A DNA stretch of 64,000 bases, taken from the NCBI GenBank assembly GCA_963797095.1, contig CAWCNY010000005.1, positions 672,001 to 736,000 on the forward strand, in the 5' to 3' direction. Position 1 is the first letter of the stretch; the number at the start of each line of letters is the position of its first letter. Shown here one piece after another: positions 40,751-50,492 of the stretch. The position numbers and the translations under genes were made by a program. A model generated the notes under the pieces. It saw only the letters and a program-made list of their open reading frames with translations, did not search any database and had not been told where the DNA came from. Origin of the DNA: an uncultured Chloroflexia bacterium (GTDB lineage: Bacteria; Chloroflexota; Chloroflexia; QHBQ01; JADMIH01).

Positions 40751-43046
40751 ATGTCACGAATTTGCCCTATTTGTGGAAAGATGAACCCGGACACGGCGGG
40801 CAGTTGCGATGTGTGTGGAACACCGCTGCACGCGACTGAAGCCGTGGGCGCAGGCCAGGTGAATGGTGTGGCTGTGCAGACTGTGGGCAGCGCCCTGGGT
40901 GCGTTTGGGAATGGGATCGATTCTATTCTTGGCCCCGGCGACGCGCTACCGTCCGGGCAGCCGATGAGCGGGCCGATCTGCCCCAAGTGCAGGCGGGGCA
41001 ATCGTGCTCATTCGGCGTTTTGCGCGTATTGTGGATACAGGTTGAAGTCGGACAACGGCACCGGCAATGGGCTTGCTCCTCATAATGGGTCGAACGGATT
41101 GCAGGCGCAGGCTTACGCCGCCTCAGCAGTATCGCCCGCGCCGCCTACATCACCTATGCCGCCGGTGGATGGGTCGGGCAACATACCGGCAGGGGTCATT
41201 CTCAAGAGGAGATTCCGCATTCCTGCGAAAGATCGCGCAGGGCGGTATGGGCGCGGTCTACGAAAGCCTGGACGTTACCGAGAATGACGGCAGGCGCTGG
41301 GCGGTGAAGGAGATGAGCCCGGCGGCCCTCCCGGCCAACGAGCGGACGGCTGCCGTGGCCGATTTCAGGCGGGAAGCGTCGATTTTGCACGGGTTGAAGC
41401 ACCCCAACCTGCCCGAAGTGCGCGAGACATTCGAGGAGATGGGCAGGTATTTCCTGGTGATGGAGTTCATCGCCGGGCGCACGCTGCTGAACCTTGTGGA
41501 TATGACGCCGGGCTTCATTCCGGAAGAGCGGGTCATGGTGTGGGCGCGACAATTGATCGAAGTGCTGCACTATCTCCATTCTCAGGACCCGCCAATCATC
41601 TACCGCGACGTGAAACCGGCCAATGTGATGCTGGTGGAGGGAACCGAGCGGATCAAGCTTATCGACTTCGGCATTGCGCGGTTCCACAGGCAGGGCAAGG
41701 TGCAGGACACCGAGGCATTCGGGACGGCGGGCTACGCGCCTCCTGAGCAGTACGGCAAGGGACAGACCGACCAGCGCTCGGATATTTACGCGCTGGGGGC
41801 CACGCTACACCATATCCTGACCAAGCAGGACCCCAGCCTCAACCCGTTCAATTGGGTACCCGCGCGACGGATGAACCCTAACGTATCACCCGCAATGGAA
41901 AACGCCCTGATGATCGCCACCAGCCTCGACCCTGCGCGTAGATTCAGGACAATCGAGGACTTTGGGCAGGCGCTGGGCGTCTACCTGCCGGGTGGGCTTG
42001 CGCATGCCAAGCCGATCATGGTAGGTCTCAACAACCCACGCCCGTATGTGGTATCCGCGCCGCCACCGCCGGTGATTCCAACAGAACCCATACCTGCTGC
42101 CAAGCCCGCAACAGCCACGTCAACGAGCCAGAAGCCGCGCACAAGCACATCGAAGAAGAAGACGACTTCGAGCGCGGCGGCGACGCCTGCACCTGCCAAG
42201 CCCGCGTCGAAGGTCACACCTGCCGGTGCTGCGCTTACGCCTGTACCGATTGTGGCATCAACTTCCTCGGCTGGGACAGTGATCGAAAACTCCGAGGTGC
42301 TGATACCGACCAACACCGGCGTTGTGGACGAGAGCCAGGTAGCCACGCCACCGGCAACTTCTACTGCGGTTGCTCCGGTTGCCCAGCCTGCGCTGCCCGC
42401 CGAGAAGAAGCAGGAAAGTGGCAAGCCGGTGCTGGCTCAACAGATACTGGACCTGGGCGAGGCGCGTTGGAACAGCCGCGTTACCAAGAAAGTGCCTGTT
42501 ACAACCACCGGCGGGGCAGTGAGGGGGATGGTACTTGCAACTCAACCGTGGATAGCTTACAATCCACAGCACTTCCAGGGAAGCGCGGTCAGCATAGATG
42601 TGCACGTTAAGAGGCGTCAATTGAAGTTTGGACGCGTGGAGTTGCAAGTCCCGAATCTATTCGCTATTATATGGGCACGGTCACGCAGGGTCCTACCATT
42701 CATCCTGGTGTGGTTCTGGTTACTACTCCTGCTGGTAGGCACACTTGGTAGGATACTTCTGACCACAGCAGCGGTGGCAATAGGAGGGCTGCTGGTGCTT
42801 GAGGGTCTGATGTGGCTGTGGGCACAGCACGTTCGCCTGCTTGTGCCATCGGAGAGGGTCAATACGGGACGATTGATGGTGAAAAGCTCTGGCGGCGACA
42901 GCAGTATCGAGGTGCGTGTGCTTGCCAGGCCATCATGGGTACAACGCACGGTAGGTTGGTCGATTGCTCTATTATTGTTCGTAACCGAGATAGTTCTGGC
43001 GACGTGGACTGTCCTGTCTCTGTTCGGGATCGAGATACCGCTTTGA
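40751..43046 (+). CDS. Zn-ribbon Ser/Thr protein kinase with C-terminal TM region, +1 frameshift near 41220
   Basis: Two CxxC ribbons, then IAQGGMGAVY, AVKEM, YRDVKPAN, IDFG, APPE; deleting one T gives RFRILRKIAQGG. Confidence 0.9.
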
Positions 43047-43058
43047 GGAGGAATAAGG

Positions 43059-44633
43059 ATGAGATGTCCTAATTGTGGAAATGAAAACCCACCTGATTAC
43101 CTGTTCTGCGACGAGTGCGGGGCACGGCTCATCGGCAACGATGTGGCTGCTATGTCAGGCACCCAGGACGCGGGCACAGACATGGACGCCGGTGGAGGTG
43201 GAGGTGGCGACAGCGCCATGTCCACGCAAGACCAGGCCGGAGCTGATATGGGAGGCGCAGCCAACTATGGAAGCTATGGCATGGGAGCCGACCAGTCTGT
43301 GCAGGGTGATGGTATGGGCGACATGGGCATGAGCGACGCAAACAACGGCGCAGCCCAGATGGCCGCCGACAGTGCGGACGATGAGACAGGGATGTCAGCT
43401 GTGCCCGTTACAGAAGATACAATGGCCGGTGAGGGCGCAGGAGCAGCAGAAGCAGCGCCTATGCCGGACGTGATCCGGCCGCTGACACCTATAGCTTCAA
43501 ATGCGGATCAGGACGCATCCATGGCCGATCAGGATGTGCAAGCAGGGGCATCCGCCAACGACGATGCACAGGAGAGCATGTCCGGGCCTGCCGATGATGC
43601 CAGGATGGCGGTTGATGAGGGCATGGCCGAGGCGACAGGCATCTCAGGGAGCGCAGCCAGCATAAGCTCGATGCCCGACGCCGGGTATACAGAGGACGAA
43701 GCAGTAGCTGTGCCGATGGGCGATGTAGCCGACGAGAGCGGGCTGGCTGGCGCGGCGGGCAGCGAATGGGCTGCACATGCGCTTGATCTGTTGAACAGGG
43801 CACAGGATGCCCTTTCAAACGCAGATTGGCGTATGTTCGGCGAGTTCATGCACAATCTGAAGTCGTCGTTGCAAGCGTCAGCGGCAGGAGCAGCAAGCTC
43901 AGCGGGTGCGATGCCGGTGGCACAGCCGGAAAGCGAAGCGCCCGCGATGCCTATGAGCGCTGATAGCGATATGTCGGGCACGCAGGCGCAAGATATGGGC
44001 GGTGCAAGCCCTAGCGCAGGTATGGCAAGCGACGCGGGCGCAGACAGCACAATGATGAGCGGCTCTCCAAGCAGCATGGCTATGGATGGAGGAGCACCAT
44101 CAGCACCGGCGACATACGAAGCCCCGCCGGTGGCCCCGATGAGCAGCACAGCCGATAGTATGGACAGCGGTATGCAGGCTACGAGTATGGATGCGGGGAT
44201 GAGTACAGCAAGCGCACCTTCGGAAGCGATGATGAACGCAGCGCCCACCAGCCCGCCTCCCACAGTCACCCCAATGGCATCAACTCCACCGCAGCCCGCC
44301 CCCGCGCCCTCCGGTGCCAGGCTGATCCTCATTTCGACAGGCGCTGAGATGGCGCTGCCCGACCAGGAGGAGATCACTGTTGGGCGCGAAGACCCCAGCA
44401 GCGGCATCTTCCCCGATGTTGACCTGACTCCTTATGGAGGAGAAGACGGGGGAGTGTCTCGCAGGCACTCCAGGCTGCTCCATATAGGCGACGACTACTT
44501 CGTGGAGGACTTGCAGTCTACCAACTTCACCAAGCTGGACGGCCAGCGCCTGCCGGCGCATGTGCGCGAGCGGTTGGAAGATGGAGCGCGGCTCGATTTC
44601 GGACGCGTGGCGATGATCTTCCGCCGGGGGTAA
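43059..44633 (+). CDS. Zn-ribbon, long acidic Met-rich disordered region and FHA domain protein
   Basis: CPNC..CDEC; VGRED..GVSRRHS..STNFT. Confidence 0.9.
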   Translation: MRCPNCGNENPPDYLFCDECGARLIGNDVAAMSGTQDAGTDMDAGGGGGGDSAMSTQDQAGADMGGAANYGSYGMGADQSVQGDGMGDMGMSDANNGAAQMAADSADDETGMSAVPVTEDTMAGEGAGAAEAAPMPDVIRPLTPIASNADQDASMADQDVQAGASANDDAQESMSGPADDARMAVDEGMAEATGISGSAASISSMPDAGYTEDEAVAVPMGDVADESGLAGAAGSEWAAHALDLLNRAQDALSNADWRMFGEFMHNLKSSLQASAAGAASSAGAMPVAQPESEAPAMPMSADSDMSGTQAQDMGGASPSAGMASDAGADSTMMSGSPSSMAMDGGAPSAPATYEAPPVAPMSSTADSMDSGMQATSMDAGMSTASAPSEAMMNAAPTSPPPTVTPMASTPPQPAPAPSGARLILISTGAEMALPDQEEITVGREDPSSGIFPDVDLTPYGGEDGGVSRRHSRLLHIGDDYFVEDLQSTNFTKLDGQRLPAHVRERLEDGARLDFGRVAMIFRRG

Positions 44634-44640
44634 AATCCGC

Positions 44641-44687
44641 AAGATCTAAAAAACCTGGACGCTGAGCGTCCAGGTTTTTTAGATCTT
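44641..44687. terminator. Bidirectional terminator
   Basis: Perfect 22-bp inverted repeat AAGATCTAAAAAACCTGGACGC with 3-nt loop between convergent genes. Confidence 0.9.
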
Positions 44688-44692
44688 ATCAA

Positions 44693-47281
44693 TTACATAT
44701 TGTTAAGCGCAGTCGGGTGATCGGCCATGGGAAGGTATTCGGTCACATCGATCACGATAGTGGTGATATTGTCGTGGCCACCTGCCTGGTTGGCAAGCTC
44801 TATCAGGTCGTGGGCAGCCACGTTGGGATCGTCGGTGTTAGCGAGGGCATCTTCGATAGCCTCGTCTTCAACCATGCTGTTGAGACCGTCAGAGCAGAGA
44901 AGGAGGCGGTCGCCCGGTTGGAGGGTACGCACAAAAGTATCCACTTCCACAGGGGGTGGTCCACCGAGCGAGCGGTAGATGAAGTTGCGGTGCGGGTGTA
45001 TCTTAGCCTCTTCGGGGTCAAGTTGGCCTAACTCCACCAGGCGATGCACCAGCGAGTGGTCCACGGAGACCTGGGAGAGGGTATATTCGCTCCTGTCGAT
45101 CTTGGGCTTGCCAAGATCAAGAGGGATTTCAGGCGGGGCAGATGGCATGAGGGGAGCGGTACCGGCGAGGGGAGTGGTGCCTTTGACGATTGGCGCGGTC
45201 TCGCGGACGGCGGCTTCGGCTGAGCTACGCGGCCTGGCATAGTGATAAATCCTGCTGTCGCCCACGTTTACGATATAGGCTTTGCCCCCCGCTACGAGAG
45301 CGGCCACTATGGTGGTGCCCATGTCGTTCTGGCGGTTATCCCTGGCGCGATAGATGCGCTCGTTAGCCGATTGCACAGCGCGCACCATGCCCGCGAATAT
45401 GGCCTCGTTGTTGGGCGCAGCACGCTCGGCAGGAGCCGCTATAAGAGAAGACACGACGCGGGACAGCACCTCGCCATAGAAGGCCTGTACGGCCAGGGCG
45501 CTGGCTATCTCGCCGCCTTTGTGCCCGCCCAGACCGTCGGCAACCACATAGAGGCCAACGCGCAGCGGACGCTCGGCGCTGCCCTGTACAAACTCGGCCA
45601 TGCCGAAAGAGTCCTGGTTGTTGTCGCGCAGGCGACCAACGTTGGTAAGACCGGCGGCGGTGAAAGCGACCGGGATGCCTGGTCTCTCAAGCTCGGCCAC
45701 CGCCTCCATAGCCACGGCCAGGAGGTCGCGCCAGCGAGCCGCGCTGATGGGAGGTGCTATGCCCTGGGCAGGCTCGATGGCGGTGCGGAAGGCAGCGCCT
45801 ACCTGTTCAGGAGCCGAGGACGGCATGGGCAGGATGCCCTCAGGGCTGAGGGAGGCAGCTTGGCCTGTGTAGGCTTCGTACATCGTGCCCGCAAGACGGG
45901 CCAGGTCGATCACCTGGTTCTGGGTCATCTCATCGACACTCTCCACCCGCGTGCGGGCGTTCTGAAGAGATGCAAGGGATGCGCGATCGCCTTGAACCAG
46001 GATATCGTCGGCTTCGGCACCGGCACCGACCACGCCACGGCTATGCAGATAGTCGAGGGCATCGGCCAATTGCATGGCCCAGTTGAGGACCTGGCCACCG
46101 TTGCGGGGGAGGCTCAACTGGCTGAGGCGCACACCCTGGCGAGGCTCGGCGACCGCGTAGTATCGGGTATGGCCGAACGGTTTGTAGCTGAAGAAATCTA
46201 TCACCGGCACGAGGTTAGGGTGATACAGGTTGAGATCCATGATGCCGGGGTCCTGCATGAGGCTGGTTGGCATATAGCTCTCGGCCATCAGGTAGAAGTC
46301 AGCGGTGGCTTGGTCGGTTAAGGCCGTGCCGCAGTGAGGACAGTCTGCAAGGTCTACGCTGGAGATACGCCCGCAAGTTGGGCATTTCTGCTGCTTCTTC
46401 GTGGAAACACGGTAGAGATTGCGGTCCTCACCGTGGTGCAGCAGGCTGCCGACCACATATTTGTTGTCAATAACGAAGTTGACGGCGAGAGGGGTAAGTT
46501 CCTCCTGCACTTCGGACTCAAGTTGAGGGCTGGTCTCAAGTCCCGGATCGGTATCGCGGTCCTCAAGCTCAGATATAGGAGATGCAGCCGTAGGATCCGC
46601 TGCGGCCTCCGCATGTACCGGACTTTCGCCTTCGGCGTCGCGTACGGGTGGGGCAACATCTTCTCCTTGTGCGGCCTCTTCCGATACTTCTACAGGTTCG
46701 ACAGCGGTACCCTCTAGCTGCTGAACGGCCACAGCCTCATCCTCAGCGATTAGCGGGGCCTGTGCAGCATCTTCCACGGCTGCCATTTCGGGAGATGCCT
46801 CCTGGGTAGCAGGCTCACGTGGGGCGAGGGCTTCCATAGGAAGAGGCGAGGTCTGAGGTACGACCTTTCCACCACGCCTGGGGCGGACGGGGAGGTCGGG
46901 CGTGGGCGGCAAATCAGCTACGGGTTCCGCCTCCACACCATTTTCAGCAACCAATTCCGCCTCAGCACCGGTTTCCATACCTGATGCCGCCTCGGTACCG
47001 TTTCCCCCAATCGAAGCTGCGACCTCATCCTCGGCGGTTTCATCGGGCAAGTACATGCCCTCAGGCAATCTACCCAGGAGAGCAGCGGCAGCCTCGTTCT
47101 CATCGTCGTACTCATCTTGCTCAGGGGACATTGGAACATCCTGCTGGTCGGCAACCGGCTCAGATTCTGCCACATTCTGCTGGTCGGCAACCGGCTCAGG
47201 TTTGATGCCGGGATCGGGATCGCTCTGGGTTTCGTCTGGCGGTGGGGCCTGTTGTTTAGATGTGCGGCGTATCCTATTCAT
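44693..47281 (-). CDS. PP2C (Stp1-like) phosphatase with acidic N-terminus, Zn ribbon and pseudokinase domain
   Basis: RDNNQD, VADGLGGH, MGTT, VGDSR, CSDGL, GGHDNIT; kinase-like LADALDYLHSRG without HRD or DFG. Confidence 0.92.
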   Translation of the reverse strand: MNRIRRTSKQQAPPPDETQSDPDPGIKPEPVADQQNVAESEPVADQQDVPMSPEQDEYDDENEAAAALLGRLPEGMYLPDETAEDEVAASIGGNGTEAASGMETGAEAELVAENGVEAEPVADLPPTPDLPVRPRRGGKVVPQTSPLPMEALAPREPATQEASPEMAAVEDAAQAPLIAEDEAVAVQQLEGTAVEPVEVSEEAAQGEDVAPPVRDAEGESPVHAEAAADPTAASPISELEDRDTDPGLETSPQLESEVQEELTPLAVNFVIDNKYVVGSLLHHGEDRNLYRVSTKKQQKCPTCGRISSVDLADCPHCGTALTDQATADFYLMAESYMPTSLMQDPGIMDLNLYHPNLVPVIDFFSYKPFGHTRYYAVAEPRQGVRLSQLSLPRNGGQVLNWAMQLADALDYLHSRGVVGAGAEADDILVQGDRASLASLQNARTRVESVDEMTQNQVIDLARLAGTMYEAYTGQAASLSPEGILPMPSSAPEQVGAAFRTAIEPAQGIAPPISAARWRDLLAVAMEAVAELERPGIPVAFTAAGLTNVGRLRDNNQDSFGMAEFVQGSAERPLRVGLYVVADGLGGHKGGEIASALAVQAFYGEVLSRVVSSLIAAPAERAAPNNEAIFAGMVRAVQSANERIYRARDNRQNDMGTTIVAALVAGGKAYIVNVGDSRIYHYARPRSSAEAAVRETAPIVKGTTPLAGTAPLMPSAPPEIPLDLGKPKIDRSEYTLSQVSVDHSLVHRLVELGQLDPEEAKIHPHRNFIYRSLGGPPPVEVDTFVRTLQPGDRLLLCSDGLNSMVEDEAIEDALANTDDPNVAAHDLIELANQAGGHDNITTIVIDVTEYLPMADHPTALNNM

Positions 47282-47311
47282 TTATACTCCGTATCATGAT
47301 TGCCATTGGAT

Positions 47312-47367
47312 AAGTTCCGAGTACTGAGTACTGAGTATTGGGTATTGAGTAGCGAGTTCCGGGTTCG
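47312..47367 (+). repeat. Heptamer repeat (GAGTACT)n, degenerate
   Basis: 7-bp period. Confidence 0.8.
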
Positions 47368-47415
47368 TGGTTGTGACTTCCTGACCTGGTTCAGTGAATC
47401 CTTTCGCATGTAAAG

Positions 47416-48441
47416 CTATGGGATGCGATAAACGAAGCGGACGCTGCCGATCCGTAATTGATCGCCGTTGGAGATGGCAGCAGCGGTGTTGGCTTCCAGC
47501 CGGGTATCGTTGATGAACGTGCCGGTGGGAGCGCCGAGATCTGTAACGGAGAATGAGCCATCGTCGTTGCGGAGAAGCTGGGCGTGGCGCGGGGCGACAG
47601 TGGAGCCACCCGCAAAGACCTTATCTATCATGATGTCGCAACCTGATGCCGAACCAAGCACGATACGCTTGCGAGAAAGGACGTATTCCAACTGCTCATC
47701 TGTACGGTCGAGGGTCTCCAGGTAGGGCATATCTTCGGTGACTACATCGGCAGGTGGAGACATGGTCGCGATGATGGAGGCACGCACGGGGCGCAAGTCC
47801 TGACCGCAATTATGACAGAAGTTCTCGTTCCAATCGTTTTCGGTGTTGCAGTTGGGACATGTAAGAGTGGCAGGAAGGGTGGAAGGGGCAGAAGGCGCGG
47901 GCGCGGCGGCTGCTGTGGCAGCAGGAGTTGTGGTGGTTGTGGGAGCAACTGTTGGTGTAGGACGGACGCGTGGAGCGGCCGGCGCTGCCACTGTGGGACC
48001 CGCGGCACTAAGCATGGGACGTCGCGAGCGCAACATAAGCACAACGATCACGCCAAGCGCAACCACTACGAGCAGGATGATCGTTATCAGCCAGGGGAAG
48101 CCCCCGGAAGGGGACGCAGCGCTGGGTGTTACGTTCTGGCCCGGAGGGGCTGTATCTGAGTTGGGGTTAGCGGGCACACCGTCACCGGTAGGCACCGCTG
48201 CGGGCGGCACACCGCTGGGGGCAGGCAGGGGAACTGTCGGTACTTCCACGGGGGCGGTGGCCTGTGCGAGCGGACCTGAGAGCGATTTAAGAGAACCTGA
48301 TGCCTGGGCAGCGCCCCAACCGAATGCCAAAATGAAGACGAGGAAGAGCGCCGAAATGGAAATAACGCCACTAAGCGTGCCCGCTGATGTAGCGCGACCG
48401 GCGCTTCTAGCTGAATGTGTGCGATTAGTACGATGGTTCAA
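47416..48441 (-). CDS. Membrane-anchored Zn-ribbon and FHA-like protein
   Basis: Signal peptide, TM segment, CPNC..CHNC, FHA-like LGS..VAPRHA..GTFIN with degenerate pThr-binding residues. Confidence 0.85.
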   Translation of the reverse strand: MNHRTNRTHSARSAGRATSAGTLSGVISISALFLVFILAFGWGAAQASGSLKSLSGPLAQATAPVEVPTVPLPAPSGVPPAAVPTGDGVPANPNSDTAPPGQNVTPSAASPSGGFPWLITIILLVVVALGVIVVLMLRSRRPMLSAAGPTVAAPAAPRVRPTPTVAPTTTTTPAATAAAAPAPSAPSTLPATLTCPNCNTENDWNENFCHNCGQDLRPVRASIIATMSPPADVVTEDMPYLETLDRTDEQLEYVLSRKRIVLGSASGCDIMIDKVFAGGSTVAPRHAQLLRNDDGSFSVTDLGAPTGTFINDTRLEANTAAAISNGDQLRIGSVRFVYRIP

Positions 48442-48551
48442 TTACGAAGTTTCCTCCTGGGTATATCCGGATTCCGGTTTAGTCACAAGAACCCATTATA
48501 CCAGCCACGTTCTGGAAACGGCAATCTTTGGATGGATTACAGACGATATGT

Positions 48552-48614
48552 GACGAGTGGCGCGTGGCGAGTGACGAGTGGCGCGTGGCGAGTGACGAGT
48601 GACAAGTGGCGGGC
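48552..48614 (+). repeat. Heptamer repeat with a 21-bp higher-order unit
   Basis: (GACGAGT GGCGCGT GGCGAGT)x2 plus further units. Confidence 0.88.
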
Positions 48615-48621
48615 GATGAAG

Positions 48622-50157
48622 TTAGCCTCCGAGGATAAAGTTGCATTGGACTTTGCCGATGCGAACCCGATCGCCATTGCGAAGGCGAGTGGGAACGCCA
48701 CCGGGCAAGCGGCGATCATTGAGGAAGGTGCCATTGGCGCTTCCCAGGTCTTCGAGGAAATAGCCACCAGCATCGGAGAGGATGCGAGCGTGCTGCCTGG
48801 ATACGTAGGCAGCGGGGTCGTTATAGGTGAGGTCGAGGTGAGGGAATATCTGGCGCGAGAGGCTGCGGCGGCCTACGTTGAAGGGGTTTTCGAGGATGCG
48901 CCGCTCCCAGAGCACACCGTTGGGGCCTAGCACCTGGATCTTGCCGGGCGGCCTGCCCGCTAGCGATGCTCCACAGCGCCCGCAGAAGTGGGCCTTGCCC
49001 TGGTTGGTAGCCCCGCACACCATACAGACCTTATCTGTGCTGGGTATGGGCTGGATGGGTTGGATGGGCTGGCCGGGGTTGGTAGGAGGCGCGGGTATGG
49101 TAGGGGAGGTGGGAGGCATACCAAGCCCAGGGTTGGAGACGACTTGGGGATAGGCCCCCTGGCCCGGGTTCGCCAACGGCTGGATGGGCGAGATAGGGGA
49201 GATGGGGTTGATTCCAGGCTGGGTGGCAGGGTTGGAAGGCAAAGGTTGGATTAGCGAAGCCCGCTCGTCGCCGACGGGAGCGGTGTAGGGTTTGCCCAGG
49301 CAGGAACGCAGCTCATGCTCGAGGATAAGGGCGGTCTGCGGGCGTGCGTTCATATCACGCGACATGGAACGAATAACGAGGATCTCTGTCTTGGGGCTGA
49401 TGCGGGGGTTATGGTCGCGCAGATTGGCGGGGGTGGTGGCGGGAGTGGGTGGCCTGCCGGTCAGCAGGTGGTAGAGAGTAGCCGCCAGCGAATAAACATC
49501 TGAGCGGGCATCGGTCTGGCCTTTGCCGAACTGCTCGAATGGAGCGTAGGCGGCGGTGCCCATAGACATAGTGTCTTTGCGCTTGCCCTCTTTGTAAGTG
49601 CGCGCTATGCCGAAGTCGATCAGCTTGATCTGGGCGTTCGGCATGATCATAATATTGGCGGGCTTGACATCGCGGAAGATGATGGGCGGGTCCTGGGTAT
49701 GCAGGAACTGGAGGACTTCGCACATCTGGATGCCATACTGAAGAGCCTCTTCCTCGTTCATGGGCTGGCCGTGCAGGCGGTCGATCTTCTTTTCAAGCGA
49801 TTCGCCAGGGATCAATTCCATTACGAGGTAGGGCCTGCCGCCTTCGGTAAAGAAATCCGTGACGCGGGGAAGGTTATGGTGGCGCAGATCGCTAAGTATC
49901 TGGGCCTCGCGTCTGAAGGCTTCGAGTAGCTGACGGCGTTCTTCGCGCTCGCGGGCGTGATCTTCTTCGGTCTGGGCGGCGGGAGGGCGAGCAGCGTGGG
50001 ACTCTATATCGGTACGCATCTCTTTGACGGCCACATGCATACCGCCGTTGCGGGTATCCTCGGATTTATACACAGCGCCCATGCCGCCGCCCCCGATCAC
50101 GCGCAGGATGCGGTAGCGGCCACGCAACATATAGCCGATGGGAAGAAATTCGTACAT
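48622..50157 (-). CDS. Ser/Thr protein kinase with Zn ribbon and FHA domain
   Basis: IGGGGMGAVY, FRDVKPAN, IDFG; CMVC..CGRC; VGRR..VSRQHA..SANGT. Confidence 0.95.
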   Translation of the reverse strand: MYEFLPIGYMLRGRYRILRVIGGGGMGAVYKSEDTRNGGMHVAVKEMRTDIESHAARPPAAQTEEDHAREREERRQLLEAFRREAQILSDLRHHNLPRVTDFFTEGGRPYLVMELIPGESLEKKIDRLHGQPMNEEEALQYGIQMCEVLQFLHTQDPPIIFRDVKPANIMIMPNAQIKLIDFGIARTYKEGKRKDTMSMGTAAYAPFEQFGKGQTDARSDVYSLAATLYHLLTGRPPTPATTPANLRDHNPRISPKTEILVIRSMSRDMNARPQTALILEHELRSCLGKPYTAPVGDERASLIQPLPSNPATQPGINPISPISPIQPLANPGQGAYPQVVSNPGLGMPPTSPTIPAPPTNPGQPIQPIQPIPSTDKVCMVCGATNQGKAHFCGRCGASLAGRPPGKIQVLGPNGVLWERRILENPFNVGRRSLSRQIFPHLDLTYNDPAAYVSRQHARILSDAGGYFLEDLGSANGTFLNDRRLPGGVPTRLRNGDRVRIGKVQCNFILGG

Positions 50158-50492
50158 TGCTCATCTAGATTATAGGTTGGCACGTGGCTTATGTCAACGA
50201 GTGGGAAGTAGGAAAGGGGTACTAATCGCTTAAAGATTTTCGGCTGGTATGGTCTTGCACACAGGGCCGCAACTCATAGATGGGTGATTGCGTAAGTGAT
50301 ATGGATGGGGGTTGCTTCCGTCCCAATTAAGCGGATTGCGGACGGAAGCACACTCCTTACGCTAATGATGGCACATACGCGCCGTAAGGCTTATAATCAG
50401 GGCGTGATACGCGACTGGCGTGCTACGTGATACGTGCTGCGCTATACGTGCTGCGCTCGGTACTCTGGGTCCTAAAAGGGCGGTGTATTGTT

